64,000 bases of DNA from Takakia lepidozioides (lineage: Eukaryota; Plantae; Bryophyta). The position numbers and the translations under genes are program-made. The notes beneath the pieces were generated by a model. It worked only from the letters and a program-made list of their open reading frames with translations, was not told the origin of the DNA and searched no databases. This document shows, one piece after another, positions 11,961-24,609 of the stretch; positions within the stretch are counted from its first letter, which is position 1, and each line of letters opens with the position of its first letter. The stretch is from the NCBI GenBank assembly GCA_030704615.1, contig CM060733.1, positions 13,826,001-13,890,000 of the forward strand. Reading direction: 5' to 3'.

Positions 11961-14290
11961 ATGGATACTACAGCAGCGGCGGAGTTGGGGATGGGGGGGG
12001 CAGGGGGGGGTGTTGATGGAGTTGGTTTCTGGGATTCAGGAGCTGTGGAAGCAGGGGCATGGGGAGAAGAGGACTTTGAGATTGAGGAGGAATCCTGGGA
12101 GAGGGGAGGGGACGGAGGTGCAGTTGCAGAAGTTCCAGGAGCAGCAAAGGGAGTTTCAGGAATGGGGCAGCGCCGCCCCGGGCCCTCTGGCCCTGAGCCT
12201 CCGCACAAACGTATGAGATCCATGCCTGGTGAAGCTCATCAGACTCCCCCAGGTGGTGTAGGGTTTGGTGCTGGTCCCAGCCCAGGTTATAGCGCAGGTC
12301 CAGGGCCCGGTGCAGGTCCGGGAAGAGGAGGTTTCGGCCCTGGCATGGGACAAGGTGGGCCTGGTGGCAGATCCAACGTGCATCCGAGTGGCCAGGGGTT
12401 TGGTCCCGGTGGAGGGTTTCCAGGTGGCCGAGGTTCAGGACAAGGTATGGGAAGGGGTCGAGGGATGGGAAGCATTTTTTATAAGACTAAACTATGCACT
12501 CGATTTCGCAGTGGCAACTGCCCTTACAATTCAAACTGTAATTTTGCACACGGAATGGAGGAGCTTCGGAAGCCGCCTCCTGGATGGGAAGAGTTTGTGG
12601 CCTCCCAGGAATTACCACCTGCACCAAGCCCATCCCCTAGTCAAGGTGGGTCAGCTGGAGGAGGAGGAGGAGGAGGGGGTGGAGGGGGAGGTTCCACAGA
12701 TTCGCAGGTCCGTTTTCACAAGACCCGCCCCTGCAAGAAGTACTTTGGTGAGGGCAACTGCCCTTATGGAGAAAATTGTAATTTCTTGCACGATGAGCAG
12801 AGTGCACCCCGGGCAGTTAGGGAGATGAGGGAGACTGCTGCTGTTGTCCTTACCTCCACAGCAAGCGTTTCCAGTGCGGGTAGTGATGGAGGGACGCCAG
12901 CTGGTGGGGGGGCAGTGGTAGCAGGTGGGGGATTGAATGTTCGACCTCCCAATTGGAAGACCCGACTCTGCAACAAGTGGGAGACCACTGGACATTGTCC
13001 CTTTGGGGATAAGTGTCACTTTGCTCATGGGGCTGATGGTACGTTGAGATTTTCCTATTTTGGGTTGCTGGAGTCTGATTGTTCCACCTTGTGGTCTCAC
13101 TGTTGCCTTTCTCCGTTGGGATCACAATATGTCCTGCATAATATTGCTTCTGTCTGCCTTTGATGGTTGATTGACTTTGTTGTGAGAAGACTTATTAGGT
13201 TTCTGGGTTATAAATAAACCTAAAAAAGAGACACTGAGTTTGGTTTTTGCAGAGCAAGGAAGAGGGGCAGGGGAGAGGGATACAGAATGGGGGCCACTAC
13301 CATTGCAGGCTAGCTGCGATATGTCGTCTTCTAGATATAGCATAGCACCAAACTATTGTAGGGTGTATTCACCAGAATCCCTCACCCACAGCTTTTATTG
13401 TTCTCCTGAGTCCCTAATATATTGACACAGATTTCTGATGCTTTCAAGAGGGTCTCACATCTCTTTGTGTGTGTGTGTGAGTGACACAGAGAGAGAGAAC
13501 GTACTCATAAGACGTCTGCCGTAGCCTTGTGGCCATAGATCCCGCGCCCAGTTTGGGCGGAACAAAAGAGAGAGAGAGAGAAAAAAAATTGACGTATATC
13601 TACTACTGGGTACTACACTGTCTTCATGGAAGGGGATGCTTGACTGCAAGAGGGCTTGTTCCTTTCTTCAATTTCTTCTTTGCCTGCTCTGATTGTCCTT
13701 AGCAGAAACCAAAGGTTGAAGAGGAGGTTTAAGTGTGGTCTACAAAATGAGAGTCTGAAATCAGACTCTCATCAGACTCTCATTGCTGGTTTTACACTGA
13801 TTGTTTTACTCTGGGTTTTACTCTGGGCCTTTCTTTCTTTTCTCCATCTCTGTTTCTTCTTTTTTTAAAGTTATCATTACACCTGAGCAGCACAGTCTTT
13901 TCCTTGTATGTAAATGAATGAGCATTTTTTAATCATACAGAATTGCAAAGATATGGTGGAGGGCCAGTGGATCCCAATGCTCCAGCTCCAGCAGGTGGTC
14001 TGGCAGTTTCTGACTTCAAGCCAGGAGGCACATCTGCCAAAAATCATGCAGACACAGGAGGTGCCTCAGTAGCTGGCTTAGGCGCTTATGGCCACGAGGG
14101 GGCAGATCAAAGACAGCTAGGTGGTGGGCCCTTGCTGCACCAAAATTCAAGGGGGATTTACTCAGGGGCAGGAGGTCCAAAAGTGTTGGCTAATTGGAAG
14201 GGCCCGCTAGAAATTTCTAACATATATGGAGATTGGATTGGAGAAGACGACTGGGACCATTTTCATCAGACCACAGAAAGAGGAGTGTGA
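11961..14290 (+). CDS. CCCH zinc-finger protein with three fingers, AtC3H12-like; exons 11961-13038 and 13941-14290 (about 475 aa; alternative in-frame ATG at 11784)
   Basis: [33 protein letters not shown] and [19 protein letters not shown]; Gly/RG-rich N-terminus; GT at 13039 and AG at 13940 join to HGADELQRYGG; conserved C-terminal NWKGPxxISxIYGDWI. Confidence 0.92.
13501..13570 (+). repeat. about 70 bp dispersed repeat in the CCCH intron, shared with 53889-53960
   Basis: gtactcataagacgt..gccgtagccttgtggccat.ga.cccgcgcccagtttg.gcggaa at both loci. Confidence 0.8.
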
Positions 14291-15206
14291 GCATGGTGTG
14301 AACTAACATCAACGGTTGTGCCAAAGTTCCAAACTCCACTTCCACGGGAGGAGGTTGTACGCAGTAGGCAGTAGGCAGCACTGTGGTGCCAATGATGCTC
14401 GCTGCCACATCGGTTGGTAACGTCATATTTGCTAGGATTGCTTTTGTGCGAGCAGGGAAGTTTTTCCGTTAGCAACCTAATCCTGACAAATTGCTAGGTT
14501 GCATCATCCTGTGGGCTGTCCAAGCATTTGGTAGAGATGCAGTTGCTCTTCTAATGAGAATGTTGTGACCATCTGAGGTGGGTGGGAACTAGACATATTG
14601 CATTGGCTTTCTCGAAAATCCCAGCCCTCACCTCCTACCTTCGGGGCAGCCTAGGGAGCAATCTTCATTGGTACAATGGCACCATCAATGATACTTACAG
14701 GGTGCAGGTAGTTGTAACATTAAGTCCTTTTGTAACAAGCTAATCAGGAAAATTGATAGGTTACACTCTTGAAGTATTCAGGGACACTGCATTTATCCAA
14801 AATGATGGAATGTAAGGGAGAGTTTTCAAGACAGTGGTAGTAGTATATAAGTTATGCAGATTGAGTCTTAGACAGGTCTACGGTTATTGGCACACACTAG
14901 AGCTGCCAGATTGAGAAACGAAGTTTTTTATTTCGAAAAGGAAGTACCGAACTCAGTTGAAGGTCTCACAAACTTTTCCAACTGCTACACACGTCCTTCC
15001 CACCTGTACATCAAACTTGGAACTTGTACTGTAAGCCTGGTTATGCTGCCCTAGTCTCAAGAGTAATATGTCAACACTGTCAAGCACTGTCAAGTGTGTG
15101 TGCAAAGTTTTACACGGATGGTGCTGTACTCTCAGCACGTTCTGAGGTTGTGGTACAGCCCATCTTGACATTTTGTTTGCAATTCTCCAAAAGCTCCCTA
15201 GATAGC

Positions 15207-17968
15207 CTACTGCACCAACACCTCTGCGACAGGCAATTGGAATTCAGATTGAAAAGAACCAGGATTTTCCTTAGAGCTTAAAGCACGTTTGTTGCCAAGT
15301 ACAGTTTGTCCATCGGGAATGGTGTCTTTGAGTATAAGAACAAAGAAGACAATGATCTTGAAGCCTGCACTGGCAAGATTCTCAGCAGGCGGCTTGCTTT
15401 TGATGACAGTCTGGGTATTCTGCACTGAGGCAGGCATTGTTGACCAGAGAATCGTGGAACCCAAGCCTTTCTTCAAGATAGAATCCATCTGTGTCCCGCA
15501 ATATTGTGCATGAAATCCAACTTGGACAGGGTCATTTGCGCCACCAGAGATTGCTTTCACTCCGCTGCGGGTTGATCTTCGTTTTGTTGACTGCGTGAAT
15601 GCTTCTGAGTATATAGTGCAGACTCAGTCAGTGCAGAATGTGAATTTGGGAGACAACTGGAGATCAATGGATTGCCTTTCAGTATTAAGTGTCCTCATCT
15701 TACAACAAAACAGTGTGCAGGGGAATTTACATAATTTATAGCCTTGTACAGTGTCAGGTTGAGACAGATCTATCTTCACATTGATCACATCAATGTGTAG
15801 ACTAAAAAGACACATCAAACGTGAGGAAACAGGTAGGAAACATGCACCGAGCAGCGAGCTTACCAAAGACGTCTCTACGTTCAACCATAGCGTTCTCCAT
15901 GCAATCCAAGAATCGCTCATATAGTAGATGGCCACGCCGTAGATATGGATTGCGGCGCTGCGACACGATCTTCAGTGGGTGCGCCTTTGGGGGAAGCAGG
16001 AGATTAAGATTCTCCTGGCTACGAATGCTCTCCACGTACATACGGACTAGCTAGCTCCAGCACAGTCCCACAAGTATATATCATGAGTAATAAATGAATA
16101 AATGTCTGTATCACAATACCTCGCCCCCAGTGGCAAGACTACAGGTCCAGAAGTTCTGACATCATATCAGCAACTCATCTCTGGATATGAGCAAAAACCT
16201 CATGAAGATCTGTCACGGTATGTTTTGAACTATCAAGTGCAAGTTCTATCCACCACTATGAATATTTACAGAGTCTGTTGAGAGAAGGACAAGTCTCTGC
16301 GAGAAACTGTAGAGGTTGTTAAATAATACCTTTCTGCGCAACCGCTTGTCGGTGTCTAGCGTAAGGGAGGCAAGGGAAATTGGATCCCAAGGGACTTCGA
16401 TTACAAAGTCAGTCACTGCTCCTGTTAGTGCGTTGCGCTGTTTCATAGTTGACAGAGAGAATACAATGTTGGTAACCGATTCTGCGAAATCCAAGTTCCT
16501 GACATCCACATGCAGGGATCGGACTCCTGCCAAAGACGTACGAGTTATGTTTCATGCTTCTCGACAACTTCACAATTTTGTTTATCAAACTGCAGCCCGA
16601 AACCCACTCAGCTTGATCTGCCTCAGAGAAACATGAACATGCAGGCCTGTCGCCTTTGCGAAGGAAATGCGATCAACTAGTGATTAGTCAAAATGGAGAC
16701 CTCAAGGGCGACTCAATGCAGGCGAATATAACCTCTGTGGAAGCTGAATTCATACTTCAAACGAATTTAATGATAAACCATAGTGCGGTAGATTTATGTA
16801 TATAATTACAGCGGACCTAGAGATCCGTGAGATGAGTATTGATAACTGGTTATTTGGGTATGACTGACTCACATTACGTGAGATTACTTAAGCTACTTTG
16901 CGAAACTTGAAGTAGACCATGTCTATTTAAACACTGGTTCGGACAGCTCGAAACTTGGTCTTGAAAACCAGGCCTAAACTTTACAGGGGACAAGATGATT
17001 GAACTCCTCTTGATGCTGTTGGTCCGAGACCCAGGTCAGTCATGGGTATACACGAGGTATACACCTGATCTGGAACTTAATTTTACGGATCATTTTGTTA
17101 GTTAACGGCAATATGAATTTAACTTTCACGATTTTTATTTCAATTCGAGATCAATCACGCTATTGGATTTGGATTCATAGACTTGTCGAACTCACCTGCA
17201 GCTGCGGCACGCAGAAGAGCGCTGGCAACATCATCATCATATTGTCGCAGGTGACCAGTTAGAGCGTCCCTGTAATGGACCACAATACCATGTGCGTGCC
17301 TGGATGTTGACGACGGTAATAAATTCTGCATGGTGGAAACAGGATTGAAGAATGTTCAGAGCTCGAAGTATTTTAGATCAGTGACTGACTACTACCTCGC
17401 AATCACACAATTTCCTATAATCTGGTCCAAACTGTCGTTGTAGAATGTTGCACGTAGAAATATGCTTTCTCAAAGATTGGACATTTTCAAAAGCATCCAT
17501 TATTGCTTATTGCTTGCAAATCACCGAAGTCCACTTGAGTGCTTAGTATGGTCTGAAAGTAAATGCATCAGATTGTAGAGACATTTTACTACGACATAGA
17601 GAATATTCACATAACCAGGTCTCGACATAGCTATCTATACTCTTCATCAGCATCTTGGTATCCAGTAGTACCTGTGGAGGGGCCGGCCCAACAGATGGGA
17701 CTTCTGCGACACGATCAATAATTAGGATTCCCCGCCGTTGTCCACTGCTCACATTGGTTTGCACCATATTTCTTAAATCAGCAGTGTAGTGAGCACCCCC
17801 GGGATGTACAGCGGAGGCTATGGTGCCAAGATCAAGTGTATGCAATCCAGAGGCAACCGCATTTCGAATGCTTTGGGCATGACCACGGCCATACAGCTTC
17901 CATTGAGTATCCTCCCGCCACCATACCCCTGGTTCTGTTGGGTTAGCACAAGCTCCGAGGATGCACAT
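15207..17968 (-). CDS. Gene A: WWE-WWE-linker-PARP/ART-like protein, about 402 aa; exons 17968-17672, 17325-17196, 16526-16330, 16050-15864, 15604-15207
   Basis: All introns are GT-AG and the exons sum to 1209 nt in frame. WWE-like 1: GVWWREDTQWKLY..IRNA..YTADLRNMVQTNVSSGQRRGI. WWE-like 2: VHYRD.LTGHLRQYD..FSLSTMKQRNALTG. ART-like: RNPYL..LYERF / VGFHAQ..DSILKKGL / IIVFFVL / QLPVAEV. Confidence 0.8.
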
Positions 17969-19116
17969 TATGGCCGATGACGGAACAAAGTTCGGGCACC
18001 TTCAGAGCAAGAAAGTGGTGTTCCGCCACCTTAGGAATGAGAGGAAGCAGCCTCAGAGTAACAGCTTGGGGAGAAACCTAAGTTATAGATTCAAAGCTGC
18101 CGACACAGATTGAGGGGGGCGCGCACTGAGCACTCCAGTGCATTTAATGACACGTGGTATAACGCATGCACTGCGAACCTGAAGAGAAAGAAAGTGTAAC
18201 TTAGAGCCAGACAGAGGAGAGAGAGAGGTGCAGTGACGAGGCAGTGGGAACTGTAGCCGTTGCATGCATTATGTGCACGAGATTAGCAAGTCCCCACAGA
18301 TCATCCGCAGTTGTGTACCAGCTTACTGCCTGCCGTGGCCCACCATACCGGATTCTGAAATACTTGTCAGATACTTGGTGCCCACGTGTACTTGCAAGTT
18401 GCAATGAATCTACCTTTCCTGGATACCTGCCACATTATGAGCGAACTCACAGTCTTGTATAGATCGCTATTTTGGCACCATGGACAACAAACACGAAACT
18501 CTGGATGTTGAAAATTTGAATATAGGTGCAAATGTTTGAATTCTTCAAATTGCAAGGGAGGCAAAATGTCGCATGTTTAAGATCTATAAACTATCGTACA
18601 CAACAGGGGAAGACGCTCTTGTTTACTCTGAGATCCGTTGCCGTCAATTCATCAGTTGACAATACCGTACATGTGTGTTCAACTGAGATTCGATGTCCGT
18701 GGAATCTAGAAACCTCAGGACTTGATCATTATAAGATTCTTGACCAGATCCTACCATCGTCGTTTCCTCTATTTTGGAGTTGTCTCTCTCAAACGTGTAT
18801 AAGTCGTGAGATCTCCCAATCCCGGCCATACACGAAATATCAGCATTGTACAAGAGAGATCAACTGATTAGTGTCCATGGACATGGCATAGAGGAAAGAG
18901 TTTGTTCTTCTCCTAAACTCTGATTGTATCTGTCTGTCTGCTTGATCAAGGAAACTACTGTTTTTTTGAGGTGAAAGCATTAAGTCGTCCGGTCGCGCTG
19001 CATATGACCAAGACATAGTTTATGCTTTTGAAGTTTTTCAGAGAATTGCATGACGGGATCATGACATCTTCAGGAGGAGGCCAGGATTACAATCAACTTC
19101 AAATCTGTGAGTCCGT

Positions 19117-21003
19117 TCAGTGGACAGCAATCGTTCCAACAGGGAGCTGATGCGCTATTGAGCTCACTGTCAATACACCTTCCCGGGCGCCACTATATGT
19201 TCTGTGAACTTGATGCGCATCGCTTGTGATGACGAAAAAGACGAGTAGCTGAGGAGCAGGATATTGCTGACTTGGCAGATCACCATGGCGCTGGGCTGCA
19301 TACGGTATGCTCACAGCTGCCTTCAATCCAAACCAATCCCGATCCCCGGTTCCACGCCGCAGTCCAGGGTTCATGCCGTCTCTCAGGATGGGGTCTACGT
19401 TGATAGGGGGTGACCCGTGAAATACTGCTTGCAATATATCATTGGGAAAAGCAGCTGTCGCTTCCAAGAGCTCCCCTGTCCAAACGGAACAGCTCAGAGA
19501 GAATCACGTAATCCAACTAATGTACTGAATTTGGAAATAGTTCCTATGCTTCTCGAGACCGCATTGTATTTTTATTTTAGCTGGAAATTGCAATTCTCAA
19601 GGGATTCAATAACAGAAAGAGAATGGAGTCTACCTTTGTCTGATCAGATAGTAGTACATGAGAGATTTAAATAGGTTGCCCAAGCCCTGCCGAGTACAAT
19701 AGAACAAGGTTTCGCTAACCGGGGTTCTGTTTGTGAGCCCTGGAAGCACCGTCGTGCAGATCTTTCCAAATGTTTTTACATCGAAACCATACTGATCTAA
19801 ATTTAGCCAGTCAAAGGTATCAATGCTTTCGAGGACTGATATAAAAACGTTCTATATGCTCATACATTGCATATTATCGCTGGTATATGTATGCGACCAG
19901 GAAACTGTAACTCAAGTCTAACAATTTGCTCAGACAGGTGCCTGGATCAGTCTCTCACCGAATCCACCTTCCCGATTCTCGACAGTCTGAATTAAGGTGC
20001 TCAGGAACCGTTCGTAAGGAAGGTGACCCGGGGCCAAGTAGGGGTTGGCGACCGTGTTTTTGGAGACCTTGGCGCCCTGTAGCTTCTGAGAGAGAAGAAC
20101 GTCCAGGTGTTCGGGGCTACGAAGTGTATCCACCGTCATACGTATTATCTGTGCATCACTCAACAGTCGACAGTCAGTACAGAGATAACTATGTTGTGAA
20201 CTCAAAGTCTTGTCTAGACTCTCAAAAGGTCAGCTTGCTCCACTGATGCTAAACTTTCGCCGACCGGGTGCGCCATACAACAGTCTGGATTCGTCTGGTC
20301 AAGACGTCAAGACCGACCCGAGCTGATCAATCCTGGGCTCTAATGCAGAATCACCCGAATCAGTTTTCGAGCAGTTTTCCAATATACGAGTTCTTCAGCT
20401 TGAGAGATAATTTGAACAAACTTGGCTTGACATAAATTCATGAAAAGTCTGGCACAATAGTTTTCACATTGTGTCCAGTTAGAGCACATTGCTGGCCATG
20501 GTATTTGTCTGATTTAAGATTCAACCTGGCCTCTCTTTGAGTAATAACGAACAGCGGCTACACCACTGCTTGCTGCCATACCCACGAGATACTAAGTCCA
20601 GCAACCTGCAGCAAACTCTTGGTCAACAGGTAACCTCCAGAGCCTACCTGGCTCGAGGCTTACCAGTAAAATACTGCTCCCCAGCTTAAGATACAATTCA
20701 TGCAGGATAGCCTACCTTGCGCCGCAGAGCCGTGTCACTTGCAACAGCAAGAGCTGCCAGAGCAGTAGGGTCCCATGGGATCTCAATCACAACGTCTTCT
20801 TCTTTCCCCGAATCTAAGTGCACCTGCTTCATCTTCTTGAGGTCCACCCTTACATCTTCACATCGCTCATTAAGGGTTAAGGAAAGCTTATTGTCGCCAA
20901 TAGCTTTCAAGATGGCTGCAACACACACTGAATCATACTTCCGCAATCTGCCAGTGCTCACACACCGACGGTGGATAATCACATTCTTGGACTCGGGCGC
21001 CAT
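19117..21003 (-). CDS. Gene B: single WWE-linker-PARP/ART-like protein, about 278 aa; exons 21003-20716, 20148-19959, 19475-19117
   Basis: GT-AG introns at the same positions and phases as A and C (after RRK and after FG); 837 nt in frame. WWE-like GRLRKYD..VDLKKMKQVHLDSGKE; ART-like ANPYL..YERF, VFHGS..NVDPILRDGMNP, DWFG..VSIPYA, LLVFFV, VLTV..HQLP. Confidence 0.85.
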
Positions 21004-21216
21004 TGCTCAACAATTTGGACCTTGCAAGTTCAGAGATCACACAGATGCAACAATCCCTCTTCTTTCTGAATTCCCAAAAATAGAATCGGAGATTGTTGGC
21101 AACTTGCAACGCTGCACGACATCTCAAACCTCGCTCACTTTAGTGTAACAAAGCTATTTAAAAATTTGATAGCACAAACAGCACAGGTTTAGGGGATGTC
21201 GGGCGTTTTCTCACTG

Positions 21217-23188
21217 ATTGTCCTTTTATCTTCTCACACCTATGCAAGAGACAAACATAAGTGCCTCCTTGGTTCAAAATGTGCAGAGCCTCTTTCAGTT
21301 GCCCTGCCTCAGTGTCCTCACATGCCTCCAAGGGTGAAACGAAATCTTGTCCACTCCCTCCCTTGGTCCCCTTTCAGAAGAGGTTGTTATGGTTGATGTG
21401 CTTGATTTTATCAGCTGTGCTGCTGCTACTTCTAGTTGACCATCCACCCATGCAGGTTTCTGGTAATAATCAACCCACAGTAGCTCATTGGCACTCTTGT
21501 GCTTGAAATCCAGCTCTCCTGGATGAATCTGGACCCACACTCCATCCTTCCCTCAAGCTATCCCTGACTTGACAACATTCGTGCGTGTGGATCCTACCCC
21601 TTGCCATTTACAGCTGACAGTCGCGATCTCAAATTTTCTAGCACACACCCTAACCTTAACCACACACTCATTTCTATGCTGAATTGCCGAGAAGACCTAG
21701 AATGTGTTGGGAGAGAGGGAGGATAACAATATGTAATAAAGTTTTCCAAGTATCTTGTTGTCTACTTCTGCTACAACAAAACAGGCATTCACCTTTCTGC
21801 CTTGATTGTCCCACTATTGACTGGGGTTTGAGAAGTATTGTTTCCAAAGCTTCTCCTTGCCTATGTTTATGGTTTCCAGATACTTCCCTGCAATCCCATT
21901 GGTAGTGTCAAAACACTCGGAACCACCATAGATTGACCAGAGAGAGCTAAAATACAAAACCCAAGTAGGGATGTATCGGAGAAGCGGACAAAACAAGCCT
22001 ATACAAGTTGAAGAAGAGGGTGCCCACCACAGTGCACTTGACGTTGTGTCATGGAAGCAGCTAGCTTTTCTTTAACCCAAGGATCATTCAACCAATCCTT
22101 ATCCAAAGGACCTCTTGTGTGCACTGCTTATATCTGGAGTCCAGAGACCTTCGATTGATCTGTGGAAACCACAAAGGTGCAGCTGAGCAGCCATAGTTTT
22201 CACCACAGCCTCCTAGGAACAAGCCTACCCTCCTAAATACCTTGTAAGGCAATCATGGAGCATGGAATAGCACTGGCAAAACTTCTTCATAGATCGTTCA
22301 GAATGGCTGGACAACTGCAATTGCAAGGTGCTACTTTCTTCATGTGTGTTGCACATGAGTTTGTCTGTTCTGTAAAAGTGGCTCTTCCTGTTGGTATCTT
22401 TGTTCATTACTTGTAAACAGGGGAAGTGCATTTCCCAAGGGTTTTTCCAGCACCTTTATGGAGAAGTGCTAGTGTAGTTTTGGACAACATTCCCGTAACA
22501 CAATGACGAACATACAAGCATGACCAAACTTAGAGCCGCTAAACAAGCTTGTGCATGTCAAGGCTGCTCCTCTAATCTCATTGCTGAATCACTTTAAGGA
22601 GGTCCACCATCCACACCCGAATCAGAACCGCATATCTTTCCACCATCACCAGACTGTACTCGACCTTGTATCATGGCAATTAGCTTTTCTTTTTCACCCA
22701 AAAAATTTGCGCCAACCCTCACTCCACATGACCGGTTGTGGGCACCGCCTATGTAAGTAGTCTGGAGATTGTGGATTGGTCTGTGAGAACCATGAGAACC
22801 ACGAGGGCGCACCTGAGCAGCCACAGTTTCAACAACCATCGCCCCACCGGCTACCTCGCAAATTTCCGAGTAAAAGTCCTTCGCATCCTGCTGTCATGCC
22901 CTGCTCAGGAAGAACAACCTACAATACTGATATGAAGAGGAGCTCTGTAAGAACAACCGAGATTCTAACTCAACTCACCAACTAAGGGTACAACCAATCA
23001 ACAAAATATTCTCATACCAGAAACTCCCTACATAACAGACTCCTTCACCTACGTGAAAAAAGCAAACCTTGTCCATGCTGTAGTCCCACCATTGTGAAGG
23101 ATGTCCTGCCAGCGCTGATCTATGCTCCGATCATATACGTACCAGATATCCAAAAATGCTTTTGCACGACATTATTACGGCCATTGTC
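21217..23188. mobile_element. about 1.97 kb presence/absence segment upstream of gene B, probably a degenerate insertion
   Basis: Present in copy 1 and absent at about 62570 in copy 2; flanked by direct repeat ATTGTC (21217-21222 and 23183-23188); no recognisable TE protein. Confidence 0.55.
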
Positions 23189-24609
23189 TCACTATCCTAG
23201 GTGCTTCATCGATCGGATTAGATTAGGTCTGCTAGATGGGTCAAAAGGACAATTCCAAGCCTGGATCCTACAGTGCATACATCACAGTGACCCGAAAAAG
23301 AGAAACCGCAAAGCGTTTCGTGTTATCACCTAATTTCACTGGCATGCTTGAAGGCTTAAAGGCACCACGACAAGGAACTGTCCTTGGCGCATTGCCAAGG
23401 GCGATACCGCCTTCAGCTCTATAGCTCCGCCCCTCAATCTGCTGCATGGTGACTGGCCTCTCGCATCACAGAGACGTTGCCTTGGGTATGGAGTCCACAA
23501 GCTCGCTCAGGAGAACACCGGAGCACGCTGCCATCCCCACCAGTGAGCGGAAACGCCAGTAATGGCGGAAGCTCAAATAGTAGCCGGGCTGTAAAGATCT
23601 CAAAAAAACAAACTAAACATGTCTGCCTCCCTGACCGAATATTTCATGAAACATACCACTCCTCCTGAACCTGCTTCATCTACCGCAGATTGGGCACGTA
23701 TGTTCTCGTCCCTGAGAAGAGGGTCGATGAGCTCTTCGCAATGGTGGCCGTAGCTTTCAAGAGGTTGCCGAACAGATGTGAATGTGACCGTATAGCTGCG
23801 ATTTCCCCGACCTCAGATTTTAATGATGTCACTGGAATCGATTCCCACATCTGGCCCACATGCGGGAATCGATTCCCACGAGTGGCCGTGTGGGGCCCAC
23901 TTGGCCACTCCGTGAGTATGTGAGCTCATCAAGACACTAGACGCAGATATCCATCTTTGTCGGCTCTTCACATAAAGGTCGGAGGTCCCGTACTGTCAAA
24001 GGCGGCGCTTAGTGAATACATGGCTTTCATGTATACATCCGTTCTTCTTGCCTGCATGATGGGGGGATCACTGGAAAATGTAAACTGCAAAAAGCAGTAT
24101 TACAGTTTGTCCCGAAATTCTGAGTATCTGTGGGCAGTCTTCAATGGATATGTATCCCTGAGCAAGGCTCTTCAGATTCTCTAGTATCGTTGAAACTCAC
24201 TTAAAGAAAATGTGTGAAAACTCTTTGCGGCAAACTCTTAACGAGTTTATACATAGTCATCTTCATATATAATGATGCAGGCATTGAAGGGGATGATGGG
24301 GAGGCAATCATATCGTGTGTACATAGAGCCTGCAGTATGGCTTGAGTTTTGAGTATTCCATAAGAGTTCCATCGCTGTTGCAGCTGCTCAATTTCCTGTT
24401 TTGCTATTGCCTGCAAGGCCCTGTTGAGTTCTATGCGCGTCTCCGTCGTCTCACTCTCTCTCTCTTTCTCTCTCTTTCTGGAGCTTCTCAGATTATCCCG
24501 CTCGAGTGTCTCTGAGCTGGAGAATAAACTTGTTGGCAGCATCTAGATCTATTCTATTGTGTTTCCTCAGCTTTTGGGTCAGTGCCCGAGCGCATCGCTT
24601 CCGTCTTCA

